Below are positions 9,394 to 19,273 of a DNA stretch of 64,000 nucleotides, piece by piece. The translations under genes were made by a program, and so were the position numbers. Numbering within the stretch: the first letter of the stretch is position 1; each line of letters opens with the position of its first letter. The stretch is from a bacterium. Lineage in GTDB: Bacteria > Bacteroidota > Bacteroidia > Bacteroidales > UBA932. The stretch spans positions 2,497 through 66,496 of the forward strand of contig CAVJHI010000004.1 in assembly GCA_963649415.1 (NCBI GenBank), in the 5' to 3' direction. The notes below the pieces were generated by a model. The model saw only the letters and a program-made list of their open reading frames with translations, made no database searches and was not told the origin of the DNA.

Positions 9394-10932
9394 CTAGAGA
9401 TTGCGGAGCAGGTTGTTGAGATTGACCTTCTTGTCAATCAGCGCCTTGAGCTCAGCTACCGGCACCCTCTCCTGCTGCATCGTGTCGCGGTCGCGCACGG
9501 TGACGCAGTTGTCGACGATTGAGTCGTGGTCAATGGTGATGCAGTATGGCGTTCCGATGGCGTCCTGACGGCGATAGCGCTTGCCTATGGAGTCTTTCTC
9601 GTCGTACTGGCAGTTGAAGTCGAATTTGAGTTCGTTCATCACCTTCTGGGCGAATTCAGGCAGGCCATCCTTCTTTACGAGAGGAAGCACTGCGGCCTTG
9701 ACCGGTGCGAGCGGTGCTGGGAGGCTGAGGACCGTGCGGGTTTCGCCGTTCTCCAGAGTCTCGACCTTGTAGGAGTGGCTGAGCACTGCAAGGAACATTC
9801 GGTCCACGCCGATGGAAGTCTCCACGCAGTATGGTACATAGCTCTCATTGGTCTCAGGATCAAAGTATTGCAGCTTTTTGCCGGAGAGTTTCTGATGGTT
9901 GCCGAGGTCGAAGTCGGTGCGGCTATGGATACCCTCGAGCTCCTTGAAACCGAACGGGAAGTTGAACTCGATGTCGGTGGCAGCGTTGGCATAGTGGGCC
10001 AGTTTCTCGTGGTCGTGGAAACGGTAGTTATCGGCACCCATACCGAGGTTGACATGCCACTTCATACGGTTCTCCTTCCACTTCTTGAACCATTCCATCT
10101 CAGTGCCCGGGCGGACGAAGAATTCCATCTCCATCTGCTCGAACTCCCTCATTCTGAATATGAACTGACGGGCTACCACCTCGTTGCGGAAAGCCTTGCC
10201 GATCTGTGCGATGCCGAAAGGAATCTTCATGCGGCCGGTTTTCTGCACATTGATGTAGTCCACAAATATGCCCTGAGCCGTCTCCGGACGGAGGTAGATG
10301 GTGCTGGAGTCATCGCCGACTGAGCCGAACTGGGTGGAGAACATCAGGTTGAATTGACGCACATCGGTCCAGTTCTTGGTACCGCTAATCGGGCAGACGA
10401 TGCCGCAGTCGAGGATAATCTGCTTGTATTCAGCGAGGTCATTGGCCTGCTCCGCTGCTACATAGCGATTGTGAACCTGCTCGTAATGAGCCTTTTCGCG
10501 AAGCACATTAGGGTTGGTCTCGCGGAACTTGGCCTCATCGAAGGAGTCGCCGAACTTCTTGCGGCCCTTCTCGACTTCCTTATTGATTTTCTCCTCTATC
10601 TTGGCGAGATAATCCTCAATAAGCACATCGGCGCGGTATCTCTTCTTGGAGTCCTTATTGTCGATGAGCGGGTCGTTGAAAGCGGCCACATGGCCTGAAG
10701 CGACCCAGGTCTTCGGGTGCATGAAGATGCAGGCGTCGATACCCACGATATTCTCGTTGAGGCGGGTCATCGCGTTCCACCAGTACTGCTTTATGTTGTT
10801 CTTGAGTTCCACGCCCAGCTGGCCGTAGTCATAGACGGCAGCCAGTCCGTCATAGATTTCACTTGACGGGAAGATGAAACCGTACTCCTTGCAGTGTGCT
10901 ACAAGCACCTTGAATAATTCTTCTTGTGTCAT
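9394..10932 (-). CDS. glyQS: Glycine--tRNA ligase (class II, homodimeric type)
   Basis: 512 aa. The N-terminus (VAHCKEYGFIFPSSEIYDGLAAVYDYGQLGVELKNNIK), the class II motifs and the C-terminal anticodon-binding domain are all present. Confidence 0.95.
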   Translation of the reverse strand: MTQEELFKVLVAHCKEYGFIFPSSEIYDGLAAVYDYGQLGVELKNNIKQYWWNAMTRLNENIVGIDACIFMHPKTWVASGHVAAFNDPLIDNKDSKKRYRADVLIEDYLAKIEEKINKEVEKGRKKFGDSFDEAKFRETNPNVLREKAHYEQVHNRYVAAEQANDLAEYKQIILDCGIVCPISGTKNWTDVRQFNLMFSTQFGSVGDDSSTIYLRPETAQGIFVDYINVQKTGRMKIPFGIAQIGKAFRNEVVARQFIFRMREFEQMEMEFFVRPGTEMEWFKKWKENRMKWHVNLGMGADNYRFHDHEKLAHYANAATDIEFNFPFGFKELEGIHSRTDFDLGNHQKLSGKKLQYFDPETNESYVPYCVETSIGVDRMFLAVLSHSYKVETLENGETRTVLSLPAPLAPVKAAVLPLVKKDGLPEFAQKVMNELKFDFNCQYDEKDSIGKRYRRQDAIGTPYCITIDHDSIVDNCVTVRDRDTMQQERVPVAELKALIDKKVNLNNLLRNL

Positions 10933-10950
10933 ATCTTATTTATTTCTGAG

Positions 10951-11403
10951 TCAATCGTGCAAAGTTAACTTTTTTCGGTCAAATATCTCCATCAGCGGAC
11001 CCATAATGAACTCTCTTTCGCGCATTTTGGGGTGCGGAATCTTGAGGTCCGGCTCGTCGAGGGTCAGGTCGCCGTAGAGGATAATGTCTATGTCGATGAT
11101 GCGGTCGTGGTAGATGCGGCTGCCGTCCGGGGCGAACTCCAGCTTCTCGCGGCGGCCCATCCCGTATTCTATGTCTTTGCAGAGCCTGAGCAGCTCGCGG
11201 GGAGAGAGGGTGCAGTCGTAGCAGACCGCGCAGTTGAGAAAATCCCCTCCCTCGAAGCCCCAGGATTTGGATTCAATAATCGTGGAAAGGGCATACCAAT
11301 GCACTCCAAGTCCTTCGTCGAGAAGTTTCAAGGCCTGCTCGAGGTTATGGCGGCGGTCTCCTGTATTGGTGCCTAGCGAAAGATATACCTTACTGCTCTT
11401 CAT
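10951..11403 (-). CDS. folK: 2-amino-4-hydroxy-6-hydroxymethyldihydropteridine diphosphokinase (HPPK)
   Basis: VYLSLGTNTGDRRHNLEQALKLL and IIDIDIILYGD...LKIPHPKMREREF are HPPK signatures. The start was chosen at the ATG at 11403, overlapping the upstream gene by 14 nt. Confidence 0.85.
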   Translation of the reverse strand: MKSSKVYLSLGTNTGDRRHNLEQALKLLDEGLGVHWYALSTIIESKSWGFEGGDFLNCAVCYDCTLSPRELLRLCKDIEYGMGRREKLEFAPDGSRIYHDRIIDIDIILYGDLTLDEPDLKIPHPKMREREFIMGPLMEIFDRKKLTLHD

Positions 11404-11770
11404 CGTCCATCTCGGGATCCATACCGAGCGCGACTCTCGCCTCGTCGGAGAGAAGACTCTGGTCCCATACAGGCTCAAAGACGAGCTCGATGTCGCAGCC
11501 GCTGATGCCCGGAGTATCCTCCACTACCCTCTTGACATCCGCCATCACCTCGTCCGCCATCGGGCAGTTAGGGGCGGTGAAAGTCATCTTGATATAGACC
11601 CTATGTTCTTTATTGATAGTGAGTTCGTAGATAAGTCCGAGATCATAGATATTGACCGGAATCTCCGGATCATAGACCTGCTTCAGCGCCAGCACGACAT
11701 CCTCGTAGAGGGGTGCGAGCGCCTTGACATCCTCCGGAGTCAGCACATCGTTATTGTTGGTTTCACTCAT
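11390..11770 (-). CDS. DUF59 / SufT-like Fe-S cluster assembly protein
   Basis: 126 aa, with VYDPEIPVNIYDLGLIY...TFTAPNCPMADEV typical of the MIP18/DUF59 family. It overlaps sufE by 4 nt. Confidence 0.75.
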   Translation of the reverse strand: MSETNNNDVLTPEDVKALAPLYEDVVLALKQVYDPEIPVNIYDLGLIYELTINKEHRVYIKMTFTAPNCPMADEVMADVKRVVEDTPGISGCDIELVFEPVWDQSLLSDEARVALGMDPEMDDEEQ

Positions 11771-12189
11771 TTCTGAATATTCTTTTCAGCTATGTTTCTG
11801 ATTGTGGCAATCATAGATATCAGACCGTTTGTCCTGGTCGGGGAAAGGTTTTCCTTGAGACCGAGCTTCTCCACAAAGGAAAAATCATCGCCGGCAATCT
11901 CTTCCGCCGTCCTGCCGGAATATACCGTAATCAGCAGGGAAATGATGCCTTTGGTAATAATTGCGTCGCTGTCGGCGCTGAACACAATCTTGCCGTCCAC
12001 CATCGTGGCATCAAGCCAAACTCTTGACTGGCAACCTTTTATCAATCTATCCTCGGTCTTCAGCTCCTCGGGGAACTCTTCCAGCGAGTTGCCGAGTTCT
12101 ATAAGGTACTGATACTTGTCGAGCCAGTCATCGTACATCGAGAATTCCTCGATAATGTCGGCCTGGACTTCCTGTAATGTTTTCATCAT
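11767..12189 (-). CDS. sufE: SufE-like cysteine desulfuration (sulfur acceptor) protein
   Basis: 140 aa with the SufE hallmark (IKGCQSRVWL). It overlaps sufS by 4 nt. Confidence 0.85.
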   Translation of the reverse strand: MMKTLQEVQADIIEEFSMYDDWLDKYQYLIELGNSLEEFPEELKTEDRLIKGCQSRVWLDATMVDGKIVFSADSDAIITKGIISLLITVYSGRTAEEIAGDDFSFVEKLGLKENLSPTRTNGLISMIATIRNIAEKNIQK

Positions 12190-13412
12190 TGTTGAAGCAT
12201 TTTAATCGCCCTGTCGAGCGACTTCATCAAATAACGGGCCTCCTCCACGGTATTGTACGGGGCGAAAGATGCCCTCAGCATACCCGTAACCCCGAAACGG
12301 TCCATCAGCGGCTCGGCGCACATCTGCCCGGAACGCACGGCGATACCCATCTTGTCGAGGATGAGGGCGAGGTCTTCGTGGTGGAAATGTTCCACGGAGA
12401 ACGAAAACAGCGGAATCTTCTCGTAGCCATCCCCAGGCAGTCCGTAAAGGTGGAAACGGGAGTCGGATGTAAGCGCATTCAGCATATAATCAACGACTTC
12501 CGCCATATTATTTTCAATTTCGGGAGAATGCATCGCTTCAGCCATCTCCAGTGCCTGGACGAGGGTCGGAGTACCGGAAATGTTCTGGGTACCGGCCTCG
12601 AACTTGCGCGGCAGCGGCGCGTAGGTCGTCCCGCTCCACTTCACACTCTCAATCATTTCCCCTCCTCCCATATACGGAGGCATCCTGTCGAGCCACTCCC
12701 GCTTTCCGTAGAGTACGCCCGTGCCCGGAGCAGCGTAAATCTTATGTCCGGAGAAGGCATAGAAGTCGCATCCCATCTCCCGGACATCGATCCTGGAGTG
12801 CACAACCCCCTGTGCACCATCGATTAGAACAGGGCAATTTATTGAGTGACAAATATTTACAATCTCCTTTACAGGGTTTTTGAGACCCAGGACATTGGAG
12901 ATCTGTGCCACGCAGACGAGTTTTGTGCGCGGGCTTAGCAGGGACTTAAGTTCTGAAAGATTGAGATGCCCATTATCATCGACATGCAGCACTTTGAGCA
13001 CGGCCTTGCGACGCGCGCACATCATCTGCCAGGGAACGATATTGGAGTGATGCTCGCACTCAGTCACGATGACCTCGTCACCCTCCCCCACGAAAGCCTC
13101 GCCGAAGCTGAACGCTACCAGATTGATGGAAGCGGTCGTGCCGGAAGTAAAAACAATCTCATCGCTAGAGGAGGCGTTGATGTATTTGGCTACAGACTCA
13201 CGGGCACGCTCATATCGCTCTGTAGCGACTGCGGCGATATGGTGCACGGCGCGATGAAGATTGGCTGTGTATTTCGTGGAGATTTCGTTCCACTCGCTCA
13301 CAACCGAAACGGGCCTGAGGGCAGTCGCAGCGTTGTCCAGATAGACAAGCTGCTTGCCATAGACCTGCTGCGAAAGCTGCGGGAACTCTTTTCTCAATTC
13401 ATCTATGTTCAT
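12186..13412 (-). CDS. sufS: Cysteine desulfurase, SufS subfamily (class V aminotransferase)
   Basis: 408 aa, with the PLP lysine region (FSGHKIYAAPGTG) and the active-site loop (RSGQMCAEPL). Confidence 0.92.
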   Translation of the reverse strand: MNIDELRKEFPQLSQQVYGKQLVYLDNAATALRPVSVVSEWNEISTKYTANLHRAVHHIAAVATERYERARESVAKYINASSSDEIVFTSGTTASINLVAFSFGEAFVGEGDEVIVTECEHHSNIVPWQMMCARRKAVLKVLHVDDNGHLNLSELKSLLSPRTKLVCVAQISNVLGLKNPVKEIVNICHSINCPVLIDGAQGVVHSRIDVREMGCDFYAFSGHKIYAAPGTGVLYGKREWLDRMPPYMGGGEMIESVKWSGTTYAPLPRKFEAGTQNISGTPTLVQALEMAEAMHSPEIENNMAEVVDYMLNALTSDSRFHLYGLPGDGYEKIPLFSFSVEHFHHEDLALILDKMGIAVRSGQMCAEPLMDRFGVTGMLRASFAPYNTVEEARYLMKSLDRAIKMLQQ

Positions 13413-13420
13413 AGCGAGCG

Positions 13421-13428
13421 CAAAATTA
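13421..13428 (-). promoter_or_regulatory. -7 box (TAATTTTG on the minus strand), 8 nt upstream of the sufS ATG
   Basis: CAAAATTA on the plus strand. It lies in the short divergent sufS/ruvA intergenic region. Confidence 0.4.
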
Positions 13429-13477
13429 CGAATTTATGACTATTTTTGGAATTGCTTTTAGAAAATTCAAAAGGATC

Positions 13478-14071
13478 ATGATTGACTATATTTCAGGTAA
13501 ACTCGCAGAACTCACTCCAACTTCAGCTGTAGTGGACAACGGCGGCATCGGATACGCCATGGAGATTTCGCTTCAGACCTACGATGTCCTCGACGGCAAG
13601 ACCGAGGCCACCCTCTATATCCAGCGCCAGGTAAACCAGAGGGACGGTCAGGAAGTGGACTACGGATTCGCGACCAAGGAGGAGCGAAACCTCTTCCGGA
13701 GCATCACAGGTGTCTCAGGAATGGGCGCAGCTTCCGCAAGGATGATACTTTCCTCGCTCTCCCCTGCCGAACTCAACGAAGCCATACTTTCTGAAGACAT
13801 CAACCGACTGAAATCCGTCAAAGGCATCGGTCTCAAGAGCGCGCAGCGACTCGTGCTGGAGCTCAAAGATAAGATTGTCAAGGACGAGAATGCAAGTTTC
13901 GACACACTGATCAAGGCGGAATCCAACAAGAGCGCGGACGAGGCCGCATCAGCTCTGCTCAACCTCGGATTCGCCAAGCCTAACATATCAAAGGCTATCC
14001 AGGAAATACTCAAGAATAACCCTGGAGCAAGTCTCGAAGAGATTATCAAGGCTGCGCTGAAGATGCTCTAG
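13478..14071 (+). CDS. ruvA: Holliday junction branch migration complex subunit RuvA
   Basis: MIDYISGKLAELTPTSAVVDNGGIGY... plus HhH motifs (VKGIGLKSAQRLVLELK). The ATG at 13478 is preferred over the upstream ATG at 13436 listed in the ORF track. A TATTTTTG box lies at 13441-13448. Confidence 0.92.
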   Translation: MIDYISGKLAELTPTSAVVDNGGIGYAMEISLQTYDVLDGKTEATLYIQRQVNQRDGQEVDYGFATKEERNLFRSITGVSGMGAASARMILSSLSPAELNEAILSEDINRLKSVKGIGLKSAQRLVLELKDKIVKDENASFDTLIKAESNKSADEAASALLNLGFAKPNISKAIQEILKNNPGASLEEIIKAALKML

Positions 14072-14077
14072 CGAGTT

Positions 14078-15937
14078 TTAGCGTCCGAAATATACAAGCA
14101 GGACAGAGATGTCCGCAGGAGATACGCCCGAGATTCTCATAGCCTGAGCTATGGTTCTCGGAGCGTATTTTTTCAGCTTCTGACGGCACTCTATCGAGAG
14201 TCCTGAAAGCCTGTCGAAGTCGAAATTCTCAGGAATTTTCAGGTTCTCGAGCCTGTGGAGTTTCTCGGCATTCTGGATTTCCCTATCGATATATCCGCTG
14301 TATTTTATCGAGATTTCCACACTCTCCATTACCTCTTCACTAAACGTTCCACGTGGAACAACTTTTAGCAATTCCGGGAGAGAAACTTCAGGCCTGGTAG
14401 CGATATCCGAGATTTTGCGTGACTCGCTTATCTGGCTAGAGCCGCATTCTGAAAGGAAAGGATTGGCTACAGCTGGAGTTATATTGTGACTGTCACAGTA
14501 AGTCTTGAGATTGTAGATTTCATCGTATTTGCGCATCATTCGGGAGTACCTCTCTTCGCTTGCAAGACCCAGTTTATGAGACAGTCCGGTAAGTCTCTGG
14601 TCGGCATTGTCCTGGCGTAGAAGTATCCTGTACTCAGCGCGGGAAGTGAACATTCTGTAAGGTTCATCCACGCCTTTAGTGACTAGATCGTCGATGAGCA
14701 CGCCGATGTAAGATTCATCCCTGTTAAGGATAAACGGAGCCTTGTCGTTAATCTTGAGATGGGCATTGATGCCGGCGATGATTCCCTGCCCAGCCGCCTC
14801 TTCATAACCGGTAGTTCCGTTGACCTGACCGGCAAGGAAAAGGTTTTCGATTGGCTTGGTTTCGAGATTTTGTTTAAGCAGAGTCGGGTCGAAATAATCA
14901 TATTCGACTGCATAGGCCGGACGGTAGATTTTAACATTCTCTAGACCCTCTATAGCATGCAGGGCGTCAACCTGGACCTGCAAAGGAAGCGAGGACGAGA
15001 ATCCCTGAAGGTAGTATTCATTGGTAGTACGGCCCTCCGGCTCAAGGAAAAGCTGGTGTGCCGGATTGTCGGGGAACACTCTCAACTTATCTTCAATGCT
15101 CGGACAGTAGCGCGGACCCTTACCGCTGATAAGCCCGGTAAAGAGCGGCGACTCGTTGAAACCGGAGCGAAGAATCTCGTGTACCCTCTCGTTGGTGTGG
15201 AGGATAAAGCAAGGCATCTGCTCCTGACCTGCCTGGATACTTGAGGGAACATCGAGGAAGGAGAAGCGGGAAGGCTGCTCATCACCGAACTGTTTCGGAA
15301 GCCGCGAAATATCTACGGAAGAAATGTCGATGCGAGGAGGAGTCCCGGTCTTCATCCTGCCAGAAACGAGACCTCTTTCGACAAGCTGTCCTGTCAGACC
15401 TTCGGATGACTTCTCCCCTATCCTTCCGCCGGTCATCACAGTCTGGCCGATAAAAATTTTGCCGGAAAGGAAGGTTCCAGAGGTCAGAATAAGCGCGCGA
15501 GAGTTAAAAATTGCCCCGGTGGATGTGCGGACACCGCAGATTTTTGAATTCTCAAAGAGAAAAGAAGTCGCAAAATCGACGTAAATATCTAAGTTAGAAG
15601 TAGTTTCGAGGATTCGGCGCCAGTTCAGCGAAAACTGTATTTTATCGCACTGGGCGCGAGGACTCCACATTGCCGGTCCCTTGGACTTGTTAAGCATCCT
15701 GAACTGCAGCGTGGCGCTGTCAGTAACCAGTCCAGTATAACCTCCAAGGGCATCTATCTCTCTGACTATCTGACCTTTGGCTATACCTCCGACGGCAGGA
15801 TTACAGGACATCTTAGCGAAGAGAGTCATATCTCCGCTGATGAGCAGCACACTGGAACCAAGATTTGCGGCTGCCATCGCAGCCTCGCAGCCGGCGTGGC
15901 CTCCCCCGACCACTATAATGTCATACTGTCTGCTCAT
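14078..15937 (-). CDS. mnmG: tRNA uridine 5-carboxymethylaminomethyl modification enzyme MnmG (GidA)
   Basis: 619 aa, with the FAD motif YDIIVVGGGHAGCEAA and conserved GidA blocks throughout. Confidence 0.97.
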   Translation of the reverse strand: MSRQYDIIVVGGGHAGCEAAMAAANLGSSVLLISGDMTLFAKMSCNPAVGGIAKGQIVREIDALGGYTGLVTDSATLQFRMLNKSKGPAMWSPRAQCDKIQFSLNWRRILETTSNLDIYVDFATSFLFENSKICGVRTSTGAIFNSRALILTSGTFLSGKIFIGQTVMTGGRIGEKSSEGLTGQLVERGLVSGRMKTGTPPRIDISSVDISRLPKQFGDEQPSRFSFLDVPSSIQAGQEQMPCFILHTNERVHEILRSGFNESPLFTGLISGKGPRYCPSIEDKLRVFPDNPAHQLFLEPEGRTTNEYYLQGFSSSLPLQVQVDALHAIEGLENVKIYRPAYAVEYDYFDPTLLKQNLETKPIENLFLAGQVNGTTGYEEAAGQGIIAGINAHLKINDKAPFILNRDESYIGVLIDDLVTKGVDEPYRMFTSRAEYRILLRQDNADQRLTGLSHKLGLASEERYSRMMRKYDEIYNLKTYCDSHNITPAVANPFLSECGSSQISESRKISDIATRPEVSLPELLKVVPRGTFSEEVMESVEISIKYSGYIDREIQNAEKLHRLENLKIPENFDFDRLSGLSIECRQKLKKYAPRTIAQAMRISGVSPADISVLLVYFGR

Positions 15938-16359
15938 CCGAGAAGCGAGCGGCGAAGCTCGAGATAATAATTCTCCTTGGCACGCATCTGAGCGATGTCG
16001 CTTTCGCTGTGGTCATCATAACCTATAAGGTGAAGCAGGCCGTGCACCATCACCCTGTTGAGCTCGTCCTCAAACTCGGTCCCATAGAAGACAGAGTTCT
16101 CGCGAACAGAGTCTATACTGATGAAAAGGTCTCCCGACAATTTATCGCCCTCGCAGTAGTCGAAGGTGATGATATCGGTAAAATAATCGTGCTGAAGATA
16201 TTTTAAATTGACCTCAAGGATGTACGAATCGGAGCAAAAGATTATGTTGATGTCTCCAAGACGCTTCATCTCACTCCCCGCAACAGTCTTTAACCAACTA
16301 TTATTGAAGAGTTTATGCTTCAATTCAAACTTTATGTCTTCGTTAAAATAACGTATCAT
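15934..16359 (-). CDS. ybeY: rRNA maturation RNase YbeY
   Basis: 141 aa, with the metal-binding motif HGLLHLIGYDD. It overlaps mnmG by 4 nt. Confidence 0.9.
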   Translation of the reverse strand: MIRYFNEDIKFELKHKLFNNSWLKTVAGSEMKRLGDINIIFCSDSYILEVNLKYLQHDYFTDIITFDYCEGDKLSGDLFISIDSVRENSVFYGTEFEDELNRVMVHGLLHLIGYDDHSESDIAQMRAKENYYLELRRSLLG

Positions 16360-16483
16360 CGCGGCAGTTGCTGAAATTTTTGCAAATCTACTATTTAAAT
16401 CAAAATTTTAGAAATGAATTGGAAATGAGTTTAAAGTTTTTTATCTTTGGAGCGCCAATTGAATATTTAAAGAAACTGATAAA

Positions 16484-17173
16484 ATGGAAGTAAAGAAATC
16501 ACCTAAAGCTGATCTCAGCAACAGGAAACTGCTGTTCATTGAGATTGGTTTTGTATTCTCTCTTCTATGTGTATTCGCTGCGTTTGAGTGGACAAGTTCC
16601 GAGACGCAGGAGTCAGTCTTTGTGGCTGAGAACATAGAAGTAGCAGAGGAGGAAATCATCCCTATCACCCAGGAGACCCCTCCACCACCACCAGAGGTTC
16701 CTAAGACCGTGGTTCTCTCTGACCAGATTGATATCGTTGACGATGATATCCAGGTAGAGGACAACATTCTCAACCTCGAGGATGACAGCAGCCTCGGTGT
16801 AGAGATTATGGACTATGTAGAGGAAGTTCAGGAGGAAGAGGTAGAAGAAGAGGCCATTCCGTTCCAGATTGTAGAGGTTAAGCCTACATTCCAGGGCGGC
16901 GATGCCAACACTTTCTCAAAGTGGGTTGCCCAGAACCTCGTATATCCTGAAATCGCAAAGGAGAACGGCGTGAGCGGTCGTGTAATGCTTCAGTTCACCG
17001 TCAATCCTAACGGCAAGATTTCAGATGTCAAGGTGCTCAGAGGTGTGGATGCATCTCTCGACAAGGAGGCCGTCCGCGTCGTTTCCAGCTCACCGAAGTG
17101 GGAGCCGGGCCGTCAGAGAGACCGCGCAGTTAAGGTTACCTACACCTTCCCTGTTATATTCCAGTTGAGATAA
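16484..17173 (+). CDS. Energy transducer TonB family protein
   Basis: It has an N-terminal TM anchor, a Pro-rich linker (ETPPPPPEVPK), an acidic spacer and a C-terminal TonB domain (KPTFQGGD...GRVMLQFTV...). A TATCTTTG -7 box lies at 16442-16449. Confidence 0.8.
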   Translation: MEVKKSPKADLSNRKLLFIEIGFVFSLLCVFAAFEWTSSETQESVFVAENIEVAEEEIIPITQETPPPPPEVPKTVVLSDQIDIVDDDIQVEDNILNLEDDSSLGVEIMDYVEEVQEEEVEEEAIPFQIVEVKPTFQGGDANTFSKWVAQNLVYPEIAKENGVSGRVMLQFTVNPNGKISDVKVLRGVDASLDKEAVRVVSSSPKWEPGRQRDRAVKVTYTFPVIFQLR

Positions 17174-17191
17174 TATCTGCAACACTATATT

Positions 17192-17223
17192 AAAAGGCTG
17201 TCCCGAAAGGATAGCCTTTTTTT
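17192..17223 (+). terminator. Rho-independent terminator after tonB
   Basis: 12-bp stem (AAAAGGCTGTCC / GGATAGCCTTTT, one G-U pair) followed by T residues. Confidence 0.7.
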
Positions 17224-17245
17224 GTATATTTGCCGCGTAAGAATA

Positions 17246-18436
17246 ATGACAATGGAGAACAAGAAAGAAGATAAGGCCATATTTGTAGGCATAATAAGGC
17301 AGGGAGACGATGACCGCAAGGTGAATGAATACCTTGAGGAGCTGGAATTCCTTGCCGAAACTGCCGGCGCAACCGGCGACCGCAAATTCGTCCAGAGACT
17401 AGACAAACCGGAGAAATCCACTTACATAAGAAGCGGCAAACTTGAAGAGATTGCCCAGTATTGCGAGGATAACTGCATCAGCTATGTAATTTTTGATGAT
17501 GAACTTACGGGGATGCAGCAGCGCAATATCGAGAAAATCATCAAGACTGCGGCGGTAATAGATAGGACCAGTCTGATACTTGAAATCTTCTCGCAGAGGG
17601 CGAAGACTGCCTACGCCAAGATGCAGGTGGAACTTGCCCGCTACAACTATATGCTGCCTCGTCTGGCCGGTATGTGGACCCATCTTGAGAGGCAGAGAGG
17701 CGGAGTCGGAACTCGCGGAGGAATGGGTGAAACCCAGATAGAAATCGACCGCCGAATCGTGCGCGAGAGGATTGCCAGGCTCAAGGAGCAGCTCAAGAAA
17801 GTGGACCGCCAGATGGCCACACAGCGCGGCAACAGGGGCCAGCTGGTAAGGCTGTCGCTGGTCGGATACACCAATGTGGGCAAATCCACTCTGATGAATC
17901 TGCTTGCCAAGTCGGATGTTTTTGCCGAAAATAAGCTCTTCGCCACCCTCGACACCACAGTCCGCAAGGTCGTAATAGGTAATGTGCCGTTTCTGCTGAG
18001 CGACACCGTAGGATTCATCCGCAAACTGCCTACACAGCTCATAGAAGCCTTTAAGAGCACCCTTGACGAGGTGCGCGAGGCAGATGTGCTGATACACGTA
18101 GTCGATGTGTCACATCCAGACTATAGGGAGCAGATAGAAGTGGTGGAGAAAACTCTTAAGGACATATCGGCCGCAGATAAGCCTATCTACCTGGTATTCA
18201 ATAAGACAGATGCCTACACCCACGAGCCGTATGACGAATTCTCACTAGAGCCGAAGTCTGAAAAGAACTTTACTCTGGATGAAGTCAAATACGAGTGGAT
18301 CAATGAGAAGAAGGTGCCGTGCATATTCATCTCTGCTCTCAAGAAAGAGGGCATCGACAAGCTGAAGGACGACATCTACAAAATGGTGGCTGAAATCCAC
18401 GCGGGACGCTACCCATTCAACAACTTCCTCTGGTAA
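17246..18436 (+). CDS. hflX: GTPase HflX
   Basis: HflX N-domain plus G-domain (GYTNVGKSTLMN, DTVGF, NKTD). The TTG start at 17222 lies inside the terminator T-tract, so the ATG at 17246 is preferred. A TATATTTG box lies at 17225-17232. Confidence 0.93.
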   Translation: MTMENKKEDKAIFVGIIRQGDDDRKVNEYLEELEFLAETAGATGDRKFVQRLDKPEKSTYIRSGKLEEIAQYCEDNCISYVIFDDELTGMQQRNIEKIIKTAAVIDRTSLILEIFSQRAKTAYAKMQVELARYNYMLPRLAGMWTHLERQRGGVGTRGGMGETQIEIDRRIVRERIARLKEQLKKVDRQMATQRGNRGQLVRLSLVGYTNVGKSTLMNLLAKSDVFAENKLFATLDTTVRKVVIGNVPFLLSDTVGFIRKLPTQLIEAFKSTLDEVREADVLIHVVDVSHPDYREQIEVVEKTLKDISAADKPIYLVFNKTDAYTHEPYDEFSLEPKSEKNFTLDEVKYEWINEKKVPCIFISALKKEGIDKLKDDIYKMVAEIHAGRYPFNNFLW

Positions 18437-18441
18437 AAAAA

Positions 18442-18475
18442 TTAAGGCTCGCCTCCAAACGGAAGCGAGCCTTAA
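18442..18475. terminator. Bidirectional terminator hairpin between the convergent hflX and frdB
   Basis: Perfect 11-bp inverted repeat TTAAGGCTCGC...GCGAGCCTTAA, flanked by A-rich and T-containing runs. Confidence 0.65.
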
Positions 18476-18492
18476 ATCTGAATATAAGTCCT

Positions 18493-19272
18493 TTAGTCTG
18501 AGAACTTTGCCTTAAGGAACTCACGGTTGAGACGGGCGATGTGAGCGACGGTGATGCCCTTAGGGCACTCGAGCTCGCAGGCGCGGGTGTTGGTGCAGTT
18601 ACCGAATCCGAGTTCGTCCATCTTCGCAACCATTGCCTTTGCCCTTTTCGCAGCCTCTGGACGGCCCTGAGGAAGCAGTGCGAGGGAACTAACCCTAGCA
18701 GCCACAAAGAGCATTGCAGAGCCGTTTTTACAGGTCGCAACGCAGGCGCCGCAACCGACGCAGGCGGCAGCATCCATACTCTCCTCTGCCTTATCGTGAG
18801 GAATGAGGATATTATTAGCATCCTGGGCAGCTCCGGTGCGTACTGAGATAAATCCGCCGGCCTGGAGAATCTTATCGAACGCACGGCGGTCAACGACGAG
18901 GTCCTTGATTACAGGGAAAGCAGCGCTTCTCCACGGCTCCACGGTGATGGTGGCTCCGTCCTTAAAATGCCTCATAAAGAGCTGACAGGTAGTCACATGG
19001 TCATCTGGGCCATGGGCGCGTCCGTCAATATAGAGCGAGCAGGCGCCGCAGATACCCTCGCGGCAGTCGTGGTCGAAAGACACAGGACCGCTGCTCTGGC
19101 AGCCTCTCTCCACTGCTACAGGGTCGTTGCCCTCGCGGATGAGCTGTTCGTTGAGAATATCGAGCATCTCAAGGAAGGAAGCGTCCTCCTCGATACCTGA
19201 GATATGGTATGTTTCAAAATGGCCTTTGGCCTTGGCGTTCTTCTGACGCCATATCTTTAAATTGAATTCCAT
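18493..19272 (-). CDS. frdB: Succinate dehydrogenase/fumarate reductase iron-sulfur subunit
   Basis: It has the 2Fe-2S Cys pattern ([10 protein letters not shown]) and the 4Fe-4S/3Fe-4S motifs ([23 protein letters not shown]). The start at the ATG at 19272 ([10 protein letters not shown]) is 1 nt from the frdA stop. Confidence 0.93.
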   Translation of the reverse strand: MEFNLKIWRQKNAKAKGHFETYHISGIEEDASFLEMLDILNEQLIREGNDPVAVERGCQSSGPVSFDHDCREGICGACSLYIDGRAHGPDDHVTTCQLFMRHFKDGATITVEPWRSAAFPVIKDLVVDRRAFDKILQAGGFISVRTGAAQDANNILIPHDKAEESMDAAACVGCGACVATCKNGSAMLFVAARVSSLALLPQGRPEAAKRAKAMVAKMDELGFGNCTNTRACELECPKGITVAHIARLNREFLKAKFSD

Positions 19273-19273
19273 C

